Assembly (NCBI GenBank): GCA_020444265.1 | Contig: JAHLLH010000014.1 | Coordinates: 8,339 to 72,338 of the forward strand | Reading direction: 5' to 3' | Length of the DNA stretch: 64,000 nucleotides | Source: a bacterium | Lineage (GTDB): Bacteria > Electryoneota > Electryoneia > Electryoneales > Electryoneaceae | In this document: piece by piece, positions 47,095 through 57,932 of the stretch | How the letters are laid out: every line of letters starts with the position of its first letter | Position numbering within the stretch: position 1 is the stretch's first letter | Notes under the pieces: model-generated | Seen by the model: the letters and a program-made list of their open reading frames with translations, nothing else | Told to the model about the DNA's origin: nothing | Database searches by the model: none | Translations under genes and position numbers: made by a program

Positions 47095-49467
47095 ATGGCC
47101 ATGATGCTATGGATCCGCAAGACGTTACGAGGCCTTTGGAGGGATAAAAGTTTTACCGCCATCAGCCTCGGGGGATTGGTTGTCGCAACCGCATCGGCAG
47201 TCATGATCGTAGCGTACGTTCAGACCGCCCTGCATTGGGATCAACTCGGCCCTCAAAGTGACCGGGTTTATCGTGTGGTCATGCACACAATCCACCAGGG
47301 ACTTGGCGAGCAGACAAGCGCCGCTAGCATGCCGCCGCTGGGGCCTGCGCTTCAGGATCGTTTCAGCGACATTCAGTTGAGCGCACGATACATCAAATCC
47401 TCTCCCCTGCCCGTACGCCAGGGGGACAAAACCACGAACCTTGCACACCCTGCATTCGTCGATTCTACTTTCCTGCAGCTCTTCCCTTTCCCCCTTATTT
47501 ACGGTGATCCCGAAACTGCACTGAACGTTTCCGATGGCATCCTCTTGCGAGAGGATGTTGCCAAGCGATACTTCGGTGACAAAAACCCGGTCGGTGAATT
47601 CATCGACATCATGGGGGATTGCAAGGTGACCGGGGTTTACCAGATTCCCTCAAATGGTTCCCACCTGAATCCAGAAGCATTGTTCCCGATTTCAGCACAC
47701 GGGGCACCAGCAGAAGCGTTTGAATACTGGGGACGCAGTTGGTTGGCGACCTATGTGATGCTCGCGAAGGGGGTGCCTGCCGAACAAGCTATTTCTCGAC
47801 TGGCCGAAATTGATGAACTCGCTACGGATGATGGCAGCTTGCTGCTTGATCTGCAACCTCTTGATGCAGTGCATCTCGAATCGGGCGACATCACCCACCA
47901 GGTCGAGAACTTCAATCAGGGCAGCCGTCTGGACCTCACACTTCTCATCAGTGTGGGCCTTGCGCTTCTCTTGCTGAGTTCGCTGAATTTTGCCAACCTC
48001 TCGACAGCACGTGCCCTGGCGAGACGGACCGATTGGTCGATTCACCGCGTCCTGGGCGCTGGTCGTGGACGTCTTGCCATGCAGGCTGTCGGCGAAACCC
48101 TCTTTCTTACCACCATTGCCATCGCTTTATCGCTGCTGCTGGCAAAGCTGACCGTGCCAGGGGCGTCAACTTTAACAGGACAGGTTTTGATCCTCCACCT
48201 GACGGATCCCATCCTGCTGAGTATGCTTGCTGCATTGCTCGTGTTTGTTGCATTGGTTTCAGCGCATTATCCGCTGTTTGTCTCCTCGCAGGCCCACCTG
48301 GAACTGCAGTCCCAAACGACTGTCGGGGCACCAAGATTCGGCCGTCTGCTGGTCGCAATTCAAATGGCAGTCTGTGTCATGCTTCTGTTCGGGCTGACCG
48401 GATTCATGCACCAGTATCGCTTCCTTACCCATTCGGACCTCGGGTACCGTACCGATGAAATCATCAACATTCACGCCTCCCAGCGTGTTCTTCGTCAGAA
48501 GGGCGACTTCTTGCTCAATGAGCTGCGAGCCATGCCCGGCGTGGCGCAAGCAAGCATCACTCCCCAATCCCCCATTGGATTTGGCAATCAATTCGATGTC
48601 GTACCGGAAGGGACCAGCAAGTCTGACAATTGGATTTTCGAGTACATGCTGCTGGATGGTGAAGCGCTGACGATGTTCGACCTCGAACTGGTCCAGGGCA
48701 GGTTTTACTCGGATGAGCGCGCCGGGGATACGAGCTGGGATCCAGACCACCGCGGTTCTGTTTTGCTGAACGAAGAGGCGGTGAAACGTCTCGGTTGGAC
48801 AAATCCGATCGGAAAACAAATCGAGGTTGGAGCGCCGGATGTTGGTACAGTCGTAGGAGTGGTCCGTGATTTCCACAACTACTCGCTACGCGAAGCCATA
48901 CCACCGATGGTTTTATTCGACTATCCGGCTTGGAATAGCCGTGTACTGGTCCGGTTCGAACCTGGCGATCACCGCGCCACTCTCGCGAACATTGAGGCGC
49001 TCTGGCAGCAGGAAGATGGTGCCCATCCGTTTCGCTGGGAATATATCGACCAGGCACTGCAATCGAGGTATATGACCGAACAACGGCTGATCAATTTGAT
49101 GAGTCTTTTCGTGGTGGTTGGTCTCGTGGTCGCCCTGTTTGGAATCGTTGGCCTGACAGGGTATGCAGTCCAGCGGAGGCAGCGTGAGATCGCCGTGCGC
49201 AAGGTGCTGGGTGCAAGTGAAATACAGATTCACGCTTTGCTGGGACGCTCCATGATCTGGTTGGTGGGGTTCGGAACCATCATCGGAATGCCCCTCGGCG
49301 TCTACGGACTTTCCCGGTGGCAGGAGCAGTTCGCCTATCATGCCTCGTCCACCATCTGGACTCTCTCCGCACCGATTGTCACCTTGCTGATCGCGGCGTT
49401 GCTTACCACCTACCTGGTGGCACGCAGGGCGGCACAAAGCAACCCGACAAAGGTGCTAAGGTCGTAG
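47095..49467 (+). CDS. ABC transporter permease, duplicated MacB/FtsX type
   Basis: DRVYRV, VDSTFL..F, NFANLSTARA..R, VVGVVRDFH..SL, QREIAVRKVLGAS, NP..LR. No adjacent ATPase gene. Confidence 0.92.
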   Translation: MAMMLWIRKTLRGLWRDKSFTAISLGGLVVATASAVMIVAYVQTALHWDQLGPQSDRVYRVVMHTIHQGLGEQTSAASMPPLGPALQDRFSDIQLSARYIKSSPLPVRQGDKTTNLAHPAFVDSTFLQLFPFPLIYGDPETALNVSDGILLREDVAKRYFGDKNPVGEFIDIMGDCKVTGVYQIPSNGSHLNPEALFPISAHGAPAEAFEYWGRSWLATYVMLAKGVPAEQAISRLAEIDELATDDGSLLLDLQPLDAVHLESGDITHQVENFNQGSRLDLTLLISVGLALLLLSSLNFANLSTARALARRTDWSIHRVLGAGRGRLAMQAVGETLFLTTIAIALSLLLAKLTVPGASTLTGQVLILHLTDPILLSMLAALLVFVALVSAHYPLFVSSQAHLELQSQTTVGAPRFGRLLVAIQMAVCVMLLFGLTGFMHQYRFLTHSDLGYRTDEIINIHASQRVLRQKGDFLLNELRAMPGVAQASITPQSPIGFGNQFDVVPEGTSKSDNWIFEYMLLDGEALTMFDLELVQGRFYSDERAGDTSWDPDHRGSVLLNEEAVKRLGWTNPIGKQIEVGAPDVGTVVGVVRDFHNYSLREAIPPMVLFDYPAWNSRVLVRFEPGDHRATLANIEALWQQEDGAHPFRWEYIDQALQSRYMTEQRLINLMSLFVVVGLVVALFGIVGLTGYAVQRRQREIAVRKVLGASEIQIHALLGRSMIWLVGFGTIIGMPLGVYGLSRWQEQFAYHASSTIWTLSAPIVTLLIAALLTTYLVARRAAQSNPTKVLRS

Positions 49468-49620
49468 CGCAGGGGATCTGGGTACTCTTAGCTGTTCCGT
49501 CAGATCTCCTGACCTGACAGAAAATGCGGCAGGTCGAGAGACCTGCCGCAACGGTGAATCAGCGTTGTCGTAATGTGAAGAAACCCGGGCAACAAGATTG
49601 CCCGGGCTGCTCACGTTCCA

Positions 49621-50580
49621 TCAGTTCACGTACATGAAGTCGATGATCGCAGCGTTGACTACACGGTCCTTTTCGAACTGGACAAAGTGACCCGCGTGGT
49701 TTACCATCACAAGCTTCGCGCCAGGAATTTTTCGTTCCGCAATCTTGCCTACATCACGGCTGCGACCAGCATGCAGGTAGGGATTCGGAATCAACCCATC
49801 CTGCTCGCCGAAAATCACCAGGGTCGGCTGCGTGATGAAACCGAGCTTGTCGCTGGTCGGTTCGTCCACCATCGCGTGGATATTTCTCGAAACAGCGTAG
49901 GCATAGTCCTCAAAGTCAGACGCTCCCTTGACCTGGATCCGGTCGGACACCATGAATTCGGCACCTTGTGGGTAGTCGAAGAAATTGCGCTTCAGGTTGA
50001 TGTCGATCTGACGGATACTGGCATCTTTAGTCAGTTCGGGGACAGCCACCTTGCGGAACCAGTCCTTTTCGCCATCGTTGAAATCTTCAATACCAGCGGG
50101 AGCGATCAGGATGAGGTTGTCCACTCGATCCGGGTATTTCAACGCGGCATGAATTGAGATCTGGCCGCCCATTGAATGACCCACCCAGGTTGCCTTGTCG
50201 ATCCCAAGTTGGTCAAGCATCTGGACCATCACATCAGCGTAGAATTGCATCCCGTAGGGATAATCTTCTTTCTGCGAATAGCCATAGCCGGGCAGGTCGA
50301 CCGCGATGACACGAAAATTACGTGCCAGCACAGGAATATTCCTGCTCCAACCTTTGGCATTGCTGCCAAGGCCATGGATTAACAACAAGGTCTCGTCGCC
50401 AACGCCGGTGTCAATGTACCCAATCTTGATGTTTCTGACTTGGGCAAAGTTGACGGTGTAGCCGTAATCAATCTGGTGAAACTCTTTCGCGTTCATCCGG
50501 TAGAACCTCGAAGTCGCGGAACAACCGATCGTCCCAACGAGGAGCGCGGCGAGCATCAGGATCAGGATTGCTTTTTTCAT
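49621..50580 (-). CDS. Alpha/beta hydrolase (esterase) lipoprotein
   Basis: Lipobox TIGC, IHGLG, DLPGYG, GHSMGG nucleophile elbow, GEQD, AGH. Confidence 0.92.
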   Translation of the reverse strand: MKKAILILMLAALLVGTIGCSATSRFYRMNAKEFHQIDYGYTVNFAQVRNIKIGYIDTGVGDETLLLIHGLGSNAKGWSRNIPVLARNFRVIAVDLPGYGYSQKEDYPYGMQFYADVMVQMLDQLGIDKATWVGHSMGGQISIHAALKYPDRVDNLILIAPAGIEDFNDGEKDWFRKVAVPELTKDASIRQIDINLKRNFFDYPQGAEFMVSDRIQVKGASDFEDYAYAVSRNIHAMVDEPTSDKLGFITQPTLVIFGEQDGLIPNPYLHAGRSRDVGKIAERKIPGAKLVMVNHAGHFVQFEKDRVVNAAIIDFMYVN

Positions 50581-50595
50581 CGTCTCGTCTCCTGG

Positions 50596-52137
50596 TTAGA
50601 ACATGATCCACTTGAGGGTCGCGAACACGGTCCACGGATCGTCTGGACTTTCGCTGTTGCTCACACCATTAGTCGTTGCAGAATCGTAGAATCCGCCGAG
50701 TGTCATGTAAGCAGCATGCAGCTCAAGATCGAGGAATACCTTCGGAGAATAGCGGAGGTTAAGGTTTACCTCGGTGCCCATCAAGCTGCCAGCGCCAGGA
50801 ACGGAAACACTCGAATTCGCCATACCCACCGCTGATTTGATACGGAGCTTGTTCGGCACGATGTCATAAGCCGCGCTCAACACTCCTGCCGTTAAACCAT
50901 AGCCCATATTCTGGATATCAATCGTCGCGCCGACATAGCGGTTGACCACCGTACCGTGCGCCATCAGCAAGTATAGACCATGGCTGAAGAACACTGCGCC
51001 GGGGCTCGTCCAGTTGTTACCTGTAAGGACGCCCGAGTAGGTGTCATCTGTGATCCCGTTGTCGTCGCCACTGGTGTAGATACCGTCGAATGCAACAAAA
51101 TCATTTGTCGTGCGACCATACTTGTAGGCGAGACGCAAATTGGCGGCATATCCCATCACATCCACATCTTGTGAAGCGGAGGTGACCTTACCGTAGTTCA
51201 ACACAGCAAAACCGTTGTAACCAAATCGTCCCTGGGTTGCTAGCGGATCGCCGAAGAAGCTGGTTCCGATCCAGAAAATGTCTGCTTCGTAGGGATCGGA
51301 CAGCGCGAACCGGAAGGTGCCGTTGTAGCCAGTCAAGGCGCTGGTCAGACCCTGGCCATAACCAACAATCCCGCCCTCGCCATTGGCACGGTCACGCAGG
51401 TACATCAGCGAGAAGCCGATGGTGTTCTTCACATCAAGATTGTACTCAGTCGCCGCCTCGAACAGCTGAACATCGTCCTTCTGTTCGGTGTTGTTCTCAT
51501 AAAGCTGGTACGCCCCCAGCTTATGGAACCAGCGGACATCAGGAGCCCAGTGGGCGCTGATGCCTGTAGCGTCCGACCCGAAGAAGGCTAATCGATAGCC
51601 CTTGTAAACCAGGTGGTCAGTTGGTGTCAGATAAGGAACCCGGACATTGTCATAAAGACGAAGCAAACCAATGTTGATCCATGTGTATTTCGACGGATGA
51701 ATTTCCGCGAAGAGATTTTGAGTTTGCATGTTCACAGCATCTGCCGCAAAAGCACCCCCAACATTTCCCCCCGTCGTGTAATTCTTGTCCCCCATGGTCC
51801 AATCGAACTCGAAAGACATGCGCATCTTCGCCCAACCGTTTAGCACACGGGGCGCGTAGGTGATCATGGGCATGAAGCGCTGTTCGGTGAAACTCGCGAT
51901 CGAGTCGGACGTATGCGTGGTGTTCCCACCGAAGAGACGTCCGACAACCTGACCCGCGAACAGTGTGTTCTTCGGGGAGATGTTGGTTTGTTCCGAACGT
52001 ACGAGGTAGTAACCGATGAAGCTGAATTCTCCCGGTTCTTCTCGTTCTTTCTTCAGAGGATAGTCGGCCTCGGTCTGGGTAAATCCTGTCGGTACCAGCA
52101 ACAGCAAGCCGATCAGGAGAAGGAGCATTTTTTTCAT
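50596..52137 (-). CDS. Outer-membrane beta-barrel / porin-like protein
   Basis: Signal peptide MKKMLLL..., aromatic/Gly-rich strands, C-terminal FATLKWIMF. Confidence 0.78.
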   Translation of the reverse strand: MKKMLLLLIGLLLLVPTGFTQTEADYPLKKEREEPGEFSFIGYYLVRSEQTNISPKNTLFAGQVVGRLFGGNTTHTSDSIASFTEQRFMPMITYAPRVLNGWAKMRMSFEFDWTMGDKNYTTGGNVGGAFAADAVNMQTQNLFAEIHPSKYTWINIGLLRLYDNVRVPYLTPTDHLVYKGYRLAFFGSDATGISAHWAPDVRWFHKLGAYQLYENNTEQKDDVQLFEAATEYNLDVKNTIGFSLMYLRDRANGEGGIVGYGQGLTSALTGYNGTFRFALSDPYEADIFWIGTSFFGDPLATQGRFGYNGFAVLNYGKVTSASQDVDVMGYAANLRLAYKYGRTTNDFVAFDGIYTSGDDNGITDDTYSGVLTGNNWTSPGAVFFSHGLYLLMAHGTVVNRYVGATIDIQNMGYGLTAGVLSAAYDIVPNKLRIKSAVGMANSSVSVPGAGSLMGTEVNLNLRYSPKVFLDLELHAAYMTLGGFYDSATTNGVSNSESPDDPWTVFATLKWIMF

Positions 52138-52225
52138 GACCGTACCTTCGGTGAAATGACCGTCTTGAAACAAGGAACACATCCCCCGGCATAGCCGGGG
52201 GATGTAGAAAAACATTCAGACACGG

Positions 52226-52747
52226 CTACTCACGAATATAGGTCTGAACATTGGTGCCGCTAACGGTTGTCCCGAAACCATCCGACGGAACCGGCGGAGT
52301 GGCGAGGTTCGGAAGAACCACTTCCAGCCAGAGAGTGTCGGGGGTGGCATCGACAATCTTGATGATGCCTTCTTGCACGTAGGCCTGGGCTTCGGTGTAG
52401 TTGAGGGAGATGCTGTAGATGTCGTTCTCGGGAGCCTCACCTAATTCGAATGTACCGACCTGGTTTGGCATCCAGTCGCTGAAGGAAAGACTGTCAATGG
52501 TACGGTGTTCTTCCGTGGTCACCTGGGTCTCGGTGAAGGTCACACGAACCGTATCGGTACCGTAGAACCCAACCAACAGCGGGGCGACATTTGCACCGGC
52601 ACTGACCCAACTACCTACCATCATTTCTTGCATCGTCGGCTCGGATGGACCGGTGCCGTTATCATCATCGTCATCATCGCTGCAACCAACGGCAAAGACC
52701 ATTGCCATGGCCAGCATCATCACCAACAGCAGATTCCACTTCTTCAT
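52226..52747 (-). CDS. Lipoprotein (lipocalin-like beta fold suspected)
   Basis: GGAGG RBS, lipobox AVGC-SDDDDD, MVGSW, C-terminal QTYIR. Confidence 0.85.
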   Translation of the reverse strand: MKKWNLLLVMMLAMAMVFAVGCSDDDDDDNGTGPSEPTMQEMMVGSWVSAGANVAPLLVGFYGTDTVRVTFTETQVTTEEHRTIDSLSFSDWMPNQVGTFELGEAPENDIYSISLNYTEAQAYVQEGIIKIVDATPDTLWLEVVLPNLATPPVPSDGFGTTVSGTNVQTYIRE

Positions 52748-52769
52748 GCTTGCCTCCTTTGTCCTGCGT

Positions 52770-54281
52770 TTACTCCCTGGAAAGCTCCCGTAACGCAATA
52801 CGGTTGATCTTCCCTGCATCGTTTTTTGGCAGATCGTCGATCTGGGTGTAGTGCCTGGGTGTTTTAAACGTCGCAAGCTGCCCCTTGCAGTACGTTTTCA
52901 GTTCCTCACCATCGAGGGACTCACCCGGTTTGGTGCTGTAAAACGCATGGCCCACCTCGCCCCACTGCTCGTCAGGAACACCGATCACAGCAACTTCGTG
53001 GACGGCGGGGTGGGTGTAGAGAAAACGTTCAACATCGGCGGGATAGACATTTTCACCCCCGCTGATGTACATGTTCTTTTTACGGTCAACCACACTGTAG
53101 AATCCTTCCGGATCCCGTATCACCATGTCGCCAGTGTGGAACCAGCCATCGGTGATGGCTTCGGCGGTCTTGTCCGGTTTGCGCCAGTAACCTGGGGTGA
53201 CCATCGGGCCACGCATCCACAACTCACCGACTTCGTCTGCTCCGCATTCACGGTGCCCGTCCATCACCTTCGCATCGACATAAAAATTGGGGAAACCGAT
53301 CGAGCCACGTTTCCGAATCGCATCATCCTGGTGCAAACTGAAGCAGTTGGGGCCGACTTCGGTGAGGCCATACCCTTGACGGATCATCACCCCGCGTTCG
53401 TGCCAGGTGTTGATCAAGGGTTCCGGCATGGGCGCGCCGCCAACTATCGCATAGCGCACACTACCCAGGTCGGTCTTGGCGAACTGCTCCGTATCGGCCA
53501 TCATTTGCAGCATCGTCGGCACGCCGAAAAGCAGGGTCGTCTTCTCCTGTTCCATCAGCTCGAGCACCAGTTCTGGCTCGAATTTCTGCAAGAGAGTATG
53601 TGATGCTCCATGATGGAAAAACGGAGTCAGCAACACATTCCAGCCGCCCGTGTGGAAGAAGGGCGCATAGGATTGGGTGTGGTCGCTGCTGGTCAGGTCC
53701 AAGCGCAGACCGGTATTGATCGAGTTCCAGAAGAGCATTTTGTGGGTGATAATCGCACCCTTGGATAAACCTGTCGTCCCGGCGGTGTAGAGGATCATCA
53801 CCGGGTCAGATTCTTCGATCGCTTGTGCGGGCTCGTAGACTTCCGCTTCAACATTCTCCGTCAGGAAATGTTCCAGATCGTCGAACGGCAACACATTGGG
53901 GATCGCCTTCAAGGTCTCGAGCTGACGGGCCGAATCCTCGTACGCCTTCTCAAAGAGGAAGAGAGCTGGTTCGGCATCATCAATCAAGGTGTCCAGCTCA
54001 CGTGGCATTAAGCGGAAGTTGAGCGGAACCATAATGATGCCGCTTTTGACACACGCTTCGAATAAAAGGACATACTCGGCACGATTCCGGCTGTAGACCG
54101 CCGCACGATCCCCCTTACTCAACCCCAGTTCACCGGTCAGGTGATGGGCAAGGGCATTGGCACGGCGATTGAACTCGGCATAGGACCACGAGAGATCACG
54201 ATCATGCTCTCGCAGCGCCATGCGGGTAGGCGTATACAGCGCCCAACGTTTGATCCAGTCGGTCTCAGGCCGGAACATCAT
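52770..54281 (-). CDS. Acyl-CoA synthetase (MenE/FadD-like)
   Basis: YTAGTTGLSKG, QGYGLTE, WFHTGD, DRKKNMYISGGENVYP, PKNDAGK. Confidence 0.93.
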   Translation of the reverse strand: MMFRPETDWIKRWALYTPTRMALREHDRDLSWSYAEFNRRANALAHHLTGELGLSKGDRAAVYSRNRAEYVLLFEACVKSGIIMVPLNFRLMPRELDTLIDDAEPALFLFEKAYEDSARQLETLKAIPNVLPFDDLEHFLTENVEAEVYEPAQAIEESDPVMILYTAGTTGLSKGAIITHKMLFWNSINTGLRLDLTSSDHTQSYAPFFHTGGWNVLLTPFFHHGASHTLLQKFEPELVLELMEQEKTTLLFGVPTMLQMMADTEQFAKTDLGSVRYAIVGGAPMPEPLINTWHERGVMIRQGYGLTEVGPNCFSLHQDDAIRKRGSIGFPNFYVDAKVMDGHRECGADEVGELWMRGPMVTPGYWRKPDKTAEAITDGWFHTGDMVIRDPEGFYSVVDRKKNMYISGGENVYPADVERFLYTHPAVHEVAVIGVPDEQWGEVGHAFYSTKPGESLDGEELKTYCKGQLATFKTPRHYTQIDDLPKNDAGKINRIALRELSRE

Positions 54282-55779
54282 CTCCCCCATCTTTCCTGAG
54301 AATCAAGTACAACGCACCCCCCACCACGACGGATGCGACAATCGCCATCGACGAGGCAACGCCGGGGTTCTGCCCACTGGCAAGGGTGCCTGGAATCTGA
54401 ACATTGCCCAAGCTGATCCAGAAATGAACGACAATCGCGGTAATCGATGCAGCCACCGGGGCGATGGTCGGCACACCCTTCAAAAACATCCCGAACAAGA
54501 TGGGCAGGAAGGCCGCGCTGAAATAGGCGTAGACACCGTTCTGTGCGAAAATAGCAACCGACAACTTCGGAGCGACCAGTTGACGATGGGCCAACCAGAT
54601 GCTGACCCCCGCCAGCAGCACAATCGCCACCTTGTTCAACAGGAAGAGACGCGTTTCACGGGCGTCGGTCTCAGCAGGCAGGTAGCGTCCGAAGAGCGGC
54701 TCGACAATGTCTTTGGTGATCGTGGTCGAGATTGATTGGATCAGCCCTTCCAGCGTCGAAATACCCGCCGACAACAGACCCATCACCACCAGCAGACCGA
54801 CAAAGACCGGGAATTCCCTCACCACGTAGGCCGAGATAACACCGTCCATCTTCAGCGCCTCACCCTCCAGCATCATCTCCGGGAAGGTGATACGTGCATA
54901 CAGACCCACGACGACAACACTGAAGAAGATCATCTCGGTGATGATCCCGGCAGTCAGGTACTTGTTGACATCGCTATCCGTCTTCAGCAGCAGGCTCTTG
55001 GTGATAATGTGCGGCTGGCAGACAATCGCCACCCCGACAATCATCTGGGTGACAATGATTTCAAACCAGTCACGGAAGAGGAAACTTTCCGGGTTGGTCG
55101 CGGTGGCGAGGTTGGGGTCAATGGCGCGAAGCTTGTCGAGGAAACCGTGGACCCCGTTGCTGAAGTGCTCGTAGCCCGACCCAAGCAGGATAAAGGCGAC
55201 AATCAGCATCAGGACAGCCTGGATGGTGTTGGTGTAGACCATCGAATTGGCGCCGCCGAACATCATGTAGCCGAAGATGAAGGCAACTACCCCAAACAGC
55301 GCCCAGGTTTCCGAGATGTCGAGCGTCTTTGAAAGCACCTTGACCAGACCGACAACAATCAGCACGATAAAGGTGACCAGCAGCAGGCTGAGGAAGGCGA
55401 AAAAGAGGCCGTAGCCCTTGCTCTTGTACCTGGTCCCCATCCACTGCGCCATCGAAAGCGCTTTGACAGAAGAGCCGTGCTTACGGAACCCTTTGGTCAG
55501 GACGACAAGCGAGATCATCGCCGCCAAAGGCAGGGCGAGGGCATAGGAGATCACCCCGGAAACACCATAGAGGGCAATGAAACCCGGGTTGATGATGAAG
55601 GTAGCGGCGGAGGTCATTGAGGCGGCGAGGGCGAGGCCGACAGCGATCGGGCTGAAGGCAATCGAACCGACCGCATAGTCCGCCATGCTGCTGTTCTTTT
55701 TCGCGCCACGCACGACAAAGAACAGCACAACAGCCATGTACGCCAGGATCAGCACCCAGCCCGCTGTTACCAGGTTCAT
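54265..55779 (-). CDS. Sodium:solute symporter (SSS, PanF-like)
   Basis: About 13 TM helices; AASMTSAATFI..PG, QPH, SAGISTL. Confidence 0.92.
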   Translation of the reverse strand: MNLVTAGWVLILAYMAVVLFFVVRGAKKNSSMADYAVGSIAFSPIAVGLALAASMTSAATFIINPGFIALYGVSGVISYALALPLAAMISLVVLTKGFRKHGSSVKALSMAQWMGTRYKSKGYGLFFAFLSLLLVTFIVLIVVGLVKVLSKTLDISETWALFGVVAFIFGYMMFGGANSMVYTNTIQAVLMLIVAFILLGSGYEHFSNGVHGFLDKLRAIDPNLATATNPESFLFRDWFEIIVTQMIVGVAIVCQPHIITKSLLLKTDSDVNKYLTAGIITEMIFFSVVVVGLYARITFPEMMLEGEALKMDGVISAYVVREFPVFVGLLVVMGLLSAGISTLEGLIQSISTTITKDIVEPLFGRYLPAETDARETRLFLLNKVAIVLLAGVSIWLAHRQLVAPKLSVAIFAQNGVYAYFSAAFLPILFGMFLKGVPTIAPVAASITAIVVHFWISLGNVQIPGTLASGQNPGVASSMAIVASVVVGGALYLILRKDGGDDVPA

Positions 55780-55934
55780 GCTCTATCCTCTTCTATCATC
55801 TGCCTCTCCTCCTGTCATCCCCAGCGCGCCCCACGTTCCGTCAGGTCCCCGAGCCTGACGGATGATCACGCGCCAAGCGCGCGAAGCGTTGTGTCAGACG
55901 TGGGCGTCTGACACAACGCTTCTCACAACCGGCA

Positions 55935-56942
55935 CTACCACCGGAACACCGAACAGGCGAAGGCAAGACCGCCGCCGGAACCCATGAATGCGACCAGGTC
56001 ACCCCGTTTCAGCTTTCCCAGTTCGTCTGCTTCCGCCAAAGCCATCGGGATGCAGGCAGAGCCGGTGTAGCCGTAACGGTCCATCACCGTATGTGTCTTC
56101 TCCATCCCGAGCCCGAGGTTGTCGAGGGTCTCACGGATCGAGTTGATGTTGATCTGGGTGAAAAAAATCATCGAGAGATCTTCGATGGCATACCCGGCAT
56201 CCTCGACCGACTCACGGACCATCTTCGTCCACATTGTCGGGTTGATCTCTTTCGGAAACTTCTTGACGAATTTCAGCAGATGGTCGCCGTTGGCCACCAC
56301 TTCCGGGGTGACAGGCGTTCTGGTCCCACCTGCGTAGATGCCCATCCACTCGTTGTACTGCCCTTCGGTCGCCAAGCGGCTTGCCAGCCAACCGGCATCC
56401 TCATCCGTCGCTTCCAGCAGCGCACAACCTGCACCGTCCGCGAAGAGGGTCACCGTCTTCTTGTCCGTCAAATTGAGGAACTTCGACATCGCATAGGCCC
56501 CGACCACAAGGACGAACTTGTAGCGAGGGTCGGCCTGGATGTACTTGGCGCCCATGTCCAGCGCGGTGACAAACCCGGCGCAGGCGGTGTTGATGTCGAA
56601 ACTACCTGCTTTGCTGGCGCCCAGACGATCCTGCACGACCGATGCGGTCGAGGGACTGACAAATTCCGGAGTATCCGTCGAGACGATGATCAGGTCGAGC
56701 TGGTCAGCACCGATTCCACCCTTCTCGAGGGTACTCTTCGCTGCGCGTTCCACCAGGTCCGCTGTCGACTCGTCCGGGCCGCACCAGCGACGTTCACGGA
56801 TCGTCAGGTTCTCTTCCAGCCAGGTGCCGACATCTTCGCCGAGCTGCTCATTGAACCATTCATTCGGTACCACCTTGTCCGGTGCGTACATCCCGGTTGC
56901 GCGGATACGGGCATTTCGCTTCGTCACATCACTCTCCATCAT
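55935..56942 (-). CDS. FabH/KAS III-like protein with non-canonical active site
   Basis: NTACAGF (Cys kept), LFADGAG, FTQIN in place of PHQAN, GYTGSAC in place of GNTSAAS, GGGL, C-terminal W. Confidence 0.9.
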   Translation of the reverse strand: MMESDVTKRNARIRATGMYAPDKVVPNEWFNEQLGEDVGTWLEENLTIRERRWCGPDESTADLVERAAKSTLEKGGIGADQLDLIIVSTDTPEFVSPSTASVVQDRLGASKAGSFDINTACAGFVTALDMGAKYIQADPRYKFVLVVGAYAMSKFLNLTDKKTVTLFADGAGCALLEATDEDAGWLASRLATEGQYNEWMGIYAGGTRTPVTPEVVANGDHLLKFVKKFPKEINPTMWTKMVRESVEDAGYAIEDLSMIFFTQININSIRETLDNLGLGMEKTHTVMDRYGYTGSACIPMALAEADELGKLKRGDLVAFMGSGGGLAFACSVFRW

Positions 56943-57677
56943 CTACAGGACAATTCCGCCATCGACACTGAGTGTGGTGCCGTTGACAAAGGAGGATTCG
57001 TCGGATGCGAGGAAAACAAAGGCATTGGCGATGTCCACCGGTTCGCCCAAACGACCCAGCGGGGTCTTGTCACGCATCATGTCGAGCACCTTCTCCGGCA
57101 TCTTCTTCACCATTTCGGTGGCAATGAAACCGGGGGCGATGGCATTGGCACGGACTCCCTTACGTCCCAGTTCACGCGCCCAGACCTTGGTCATGCCCAT
57201 GACGGCGGTCTTGGTGGCGACATAGTTGGTCTGTCCGAAGTTGCCATAAAGCGCGACAACAGAACTGGTGCTGATGATCGAACCCGATCCCTGGGCCACC
57301 ATCTGCTTTGCCGCTGCCTGCCCACAGAGGAAAACACCCTTCAGGTTGACATCGATCACCTGGTCGAACTGCTCTTCGGTCATCTTCATCAGGGTTGCGT
57401 CACGTGTGATCCCAGCGTTGTTCGCGAGGACATCAACACCACCCCACTTCTCAACCACACCATTCACCGCAGCTTGCACACCTGCTGCATCGGCGGTGTT
57501 GACCTTCCGAAATTCTACTTTGTCGCCGAGTTCCGATGCGGCAGCGTTGCCCGCTTCCTCGTTAACATCCCAGATCGAGACCTTTGCGCCTTCTTCGACA
57601 AAACGATCCACGATGGCCCGTCCAATCCCGGACGCTCCTCCGGTGACAATCGCGACTTTCCCTTCGAGCCTTGCCAT
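56943..57677 (-). CDS. SDR family 3-oxoacyl/acetoacetyl-CoA reductase (FabG/PhaB-like)
   Basis: TGGASGIG, NNAGITRD, GNFGQTNYVATK, APGFIAT. Confidence 0.92.
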   Translation of the reverse strand: MARLEGKVAIVTGGASGIGRAIVDRFVEEGAKVSIWDVNEEAGNAAASELGDKVEFRKVNTADAAGVQAAVNGVVEKWGGVDVLANNAGITRDATLMKMTEEQFDQVIDVNLKGVFLCGQAAAKQMVAQGSGSIISTSSVVALYGNFGQTNYVATKTAVMGMTKVWARELGRKGVRANAIAPGFIATEMVKKMPEKVLDMMRDKTPLGRLGEPVDIANAFVFLASDESSFVNGTTLSVDGGIVL

Positions 57678-57932
57678 TGCTGCTCCTGTTCTGCTCTACT
57701 TGTATGTGTCATCCCAAACCTGAGCTGGGATCGCGTTTCTGTTTTGGTTGTGCTGATATGCACGCTTGGGTGACGGGGCACCCAAGCCACGACAACCGCG
57801 TGCCCCGGCTTGGTTTGCAAGCCGGGTTCTGTAACCAATTCACCAGGTGTTACCACGCCGCGCCCCAAGCGCGATGAGGCCGAGGGCTGTGCTCATCCTC
57901 GCCGGATTCGAAGAATCCGGTCCACATCTTGA

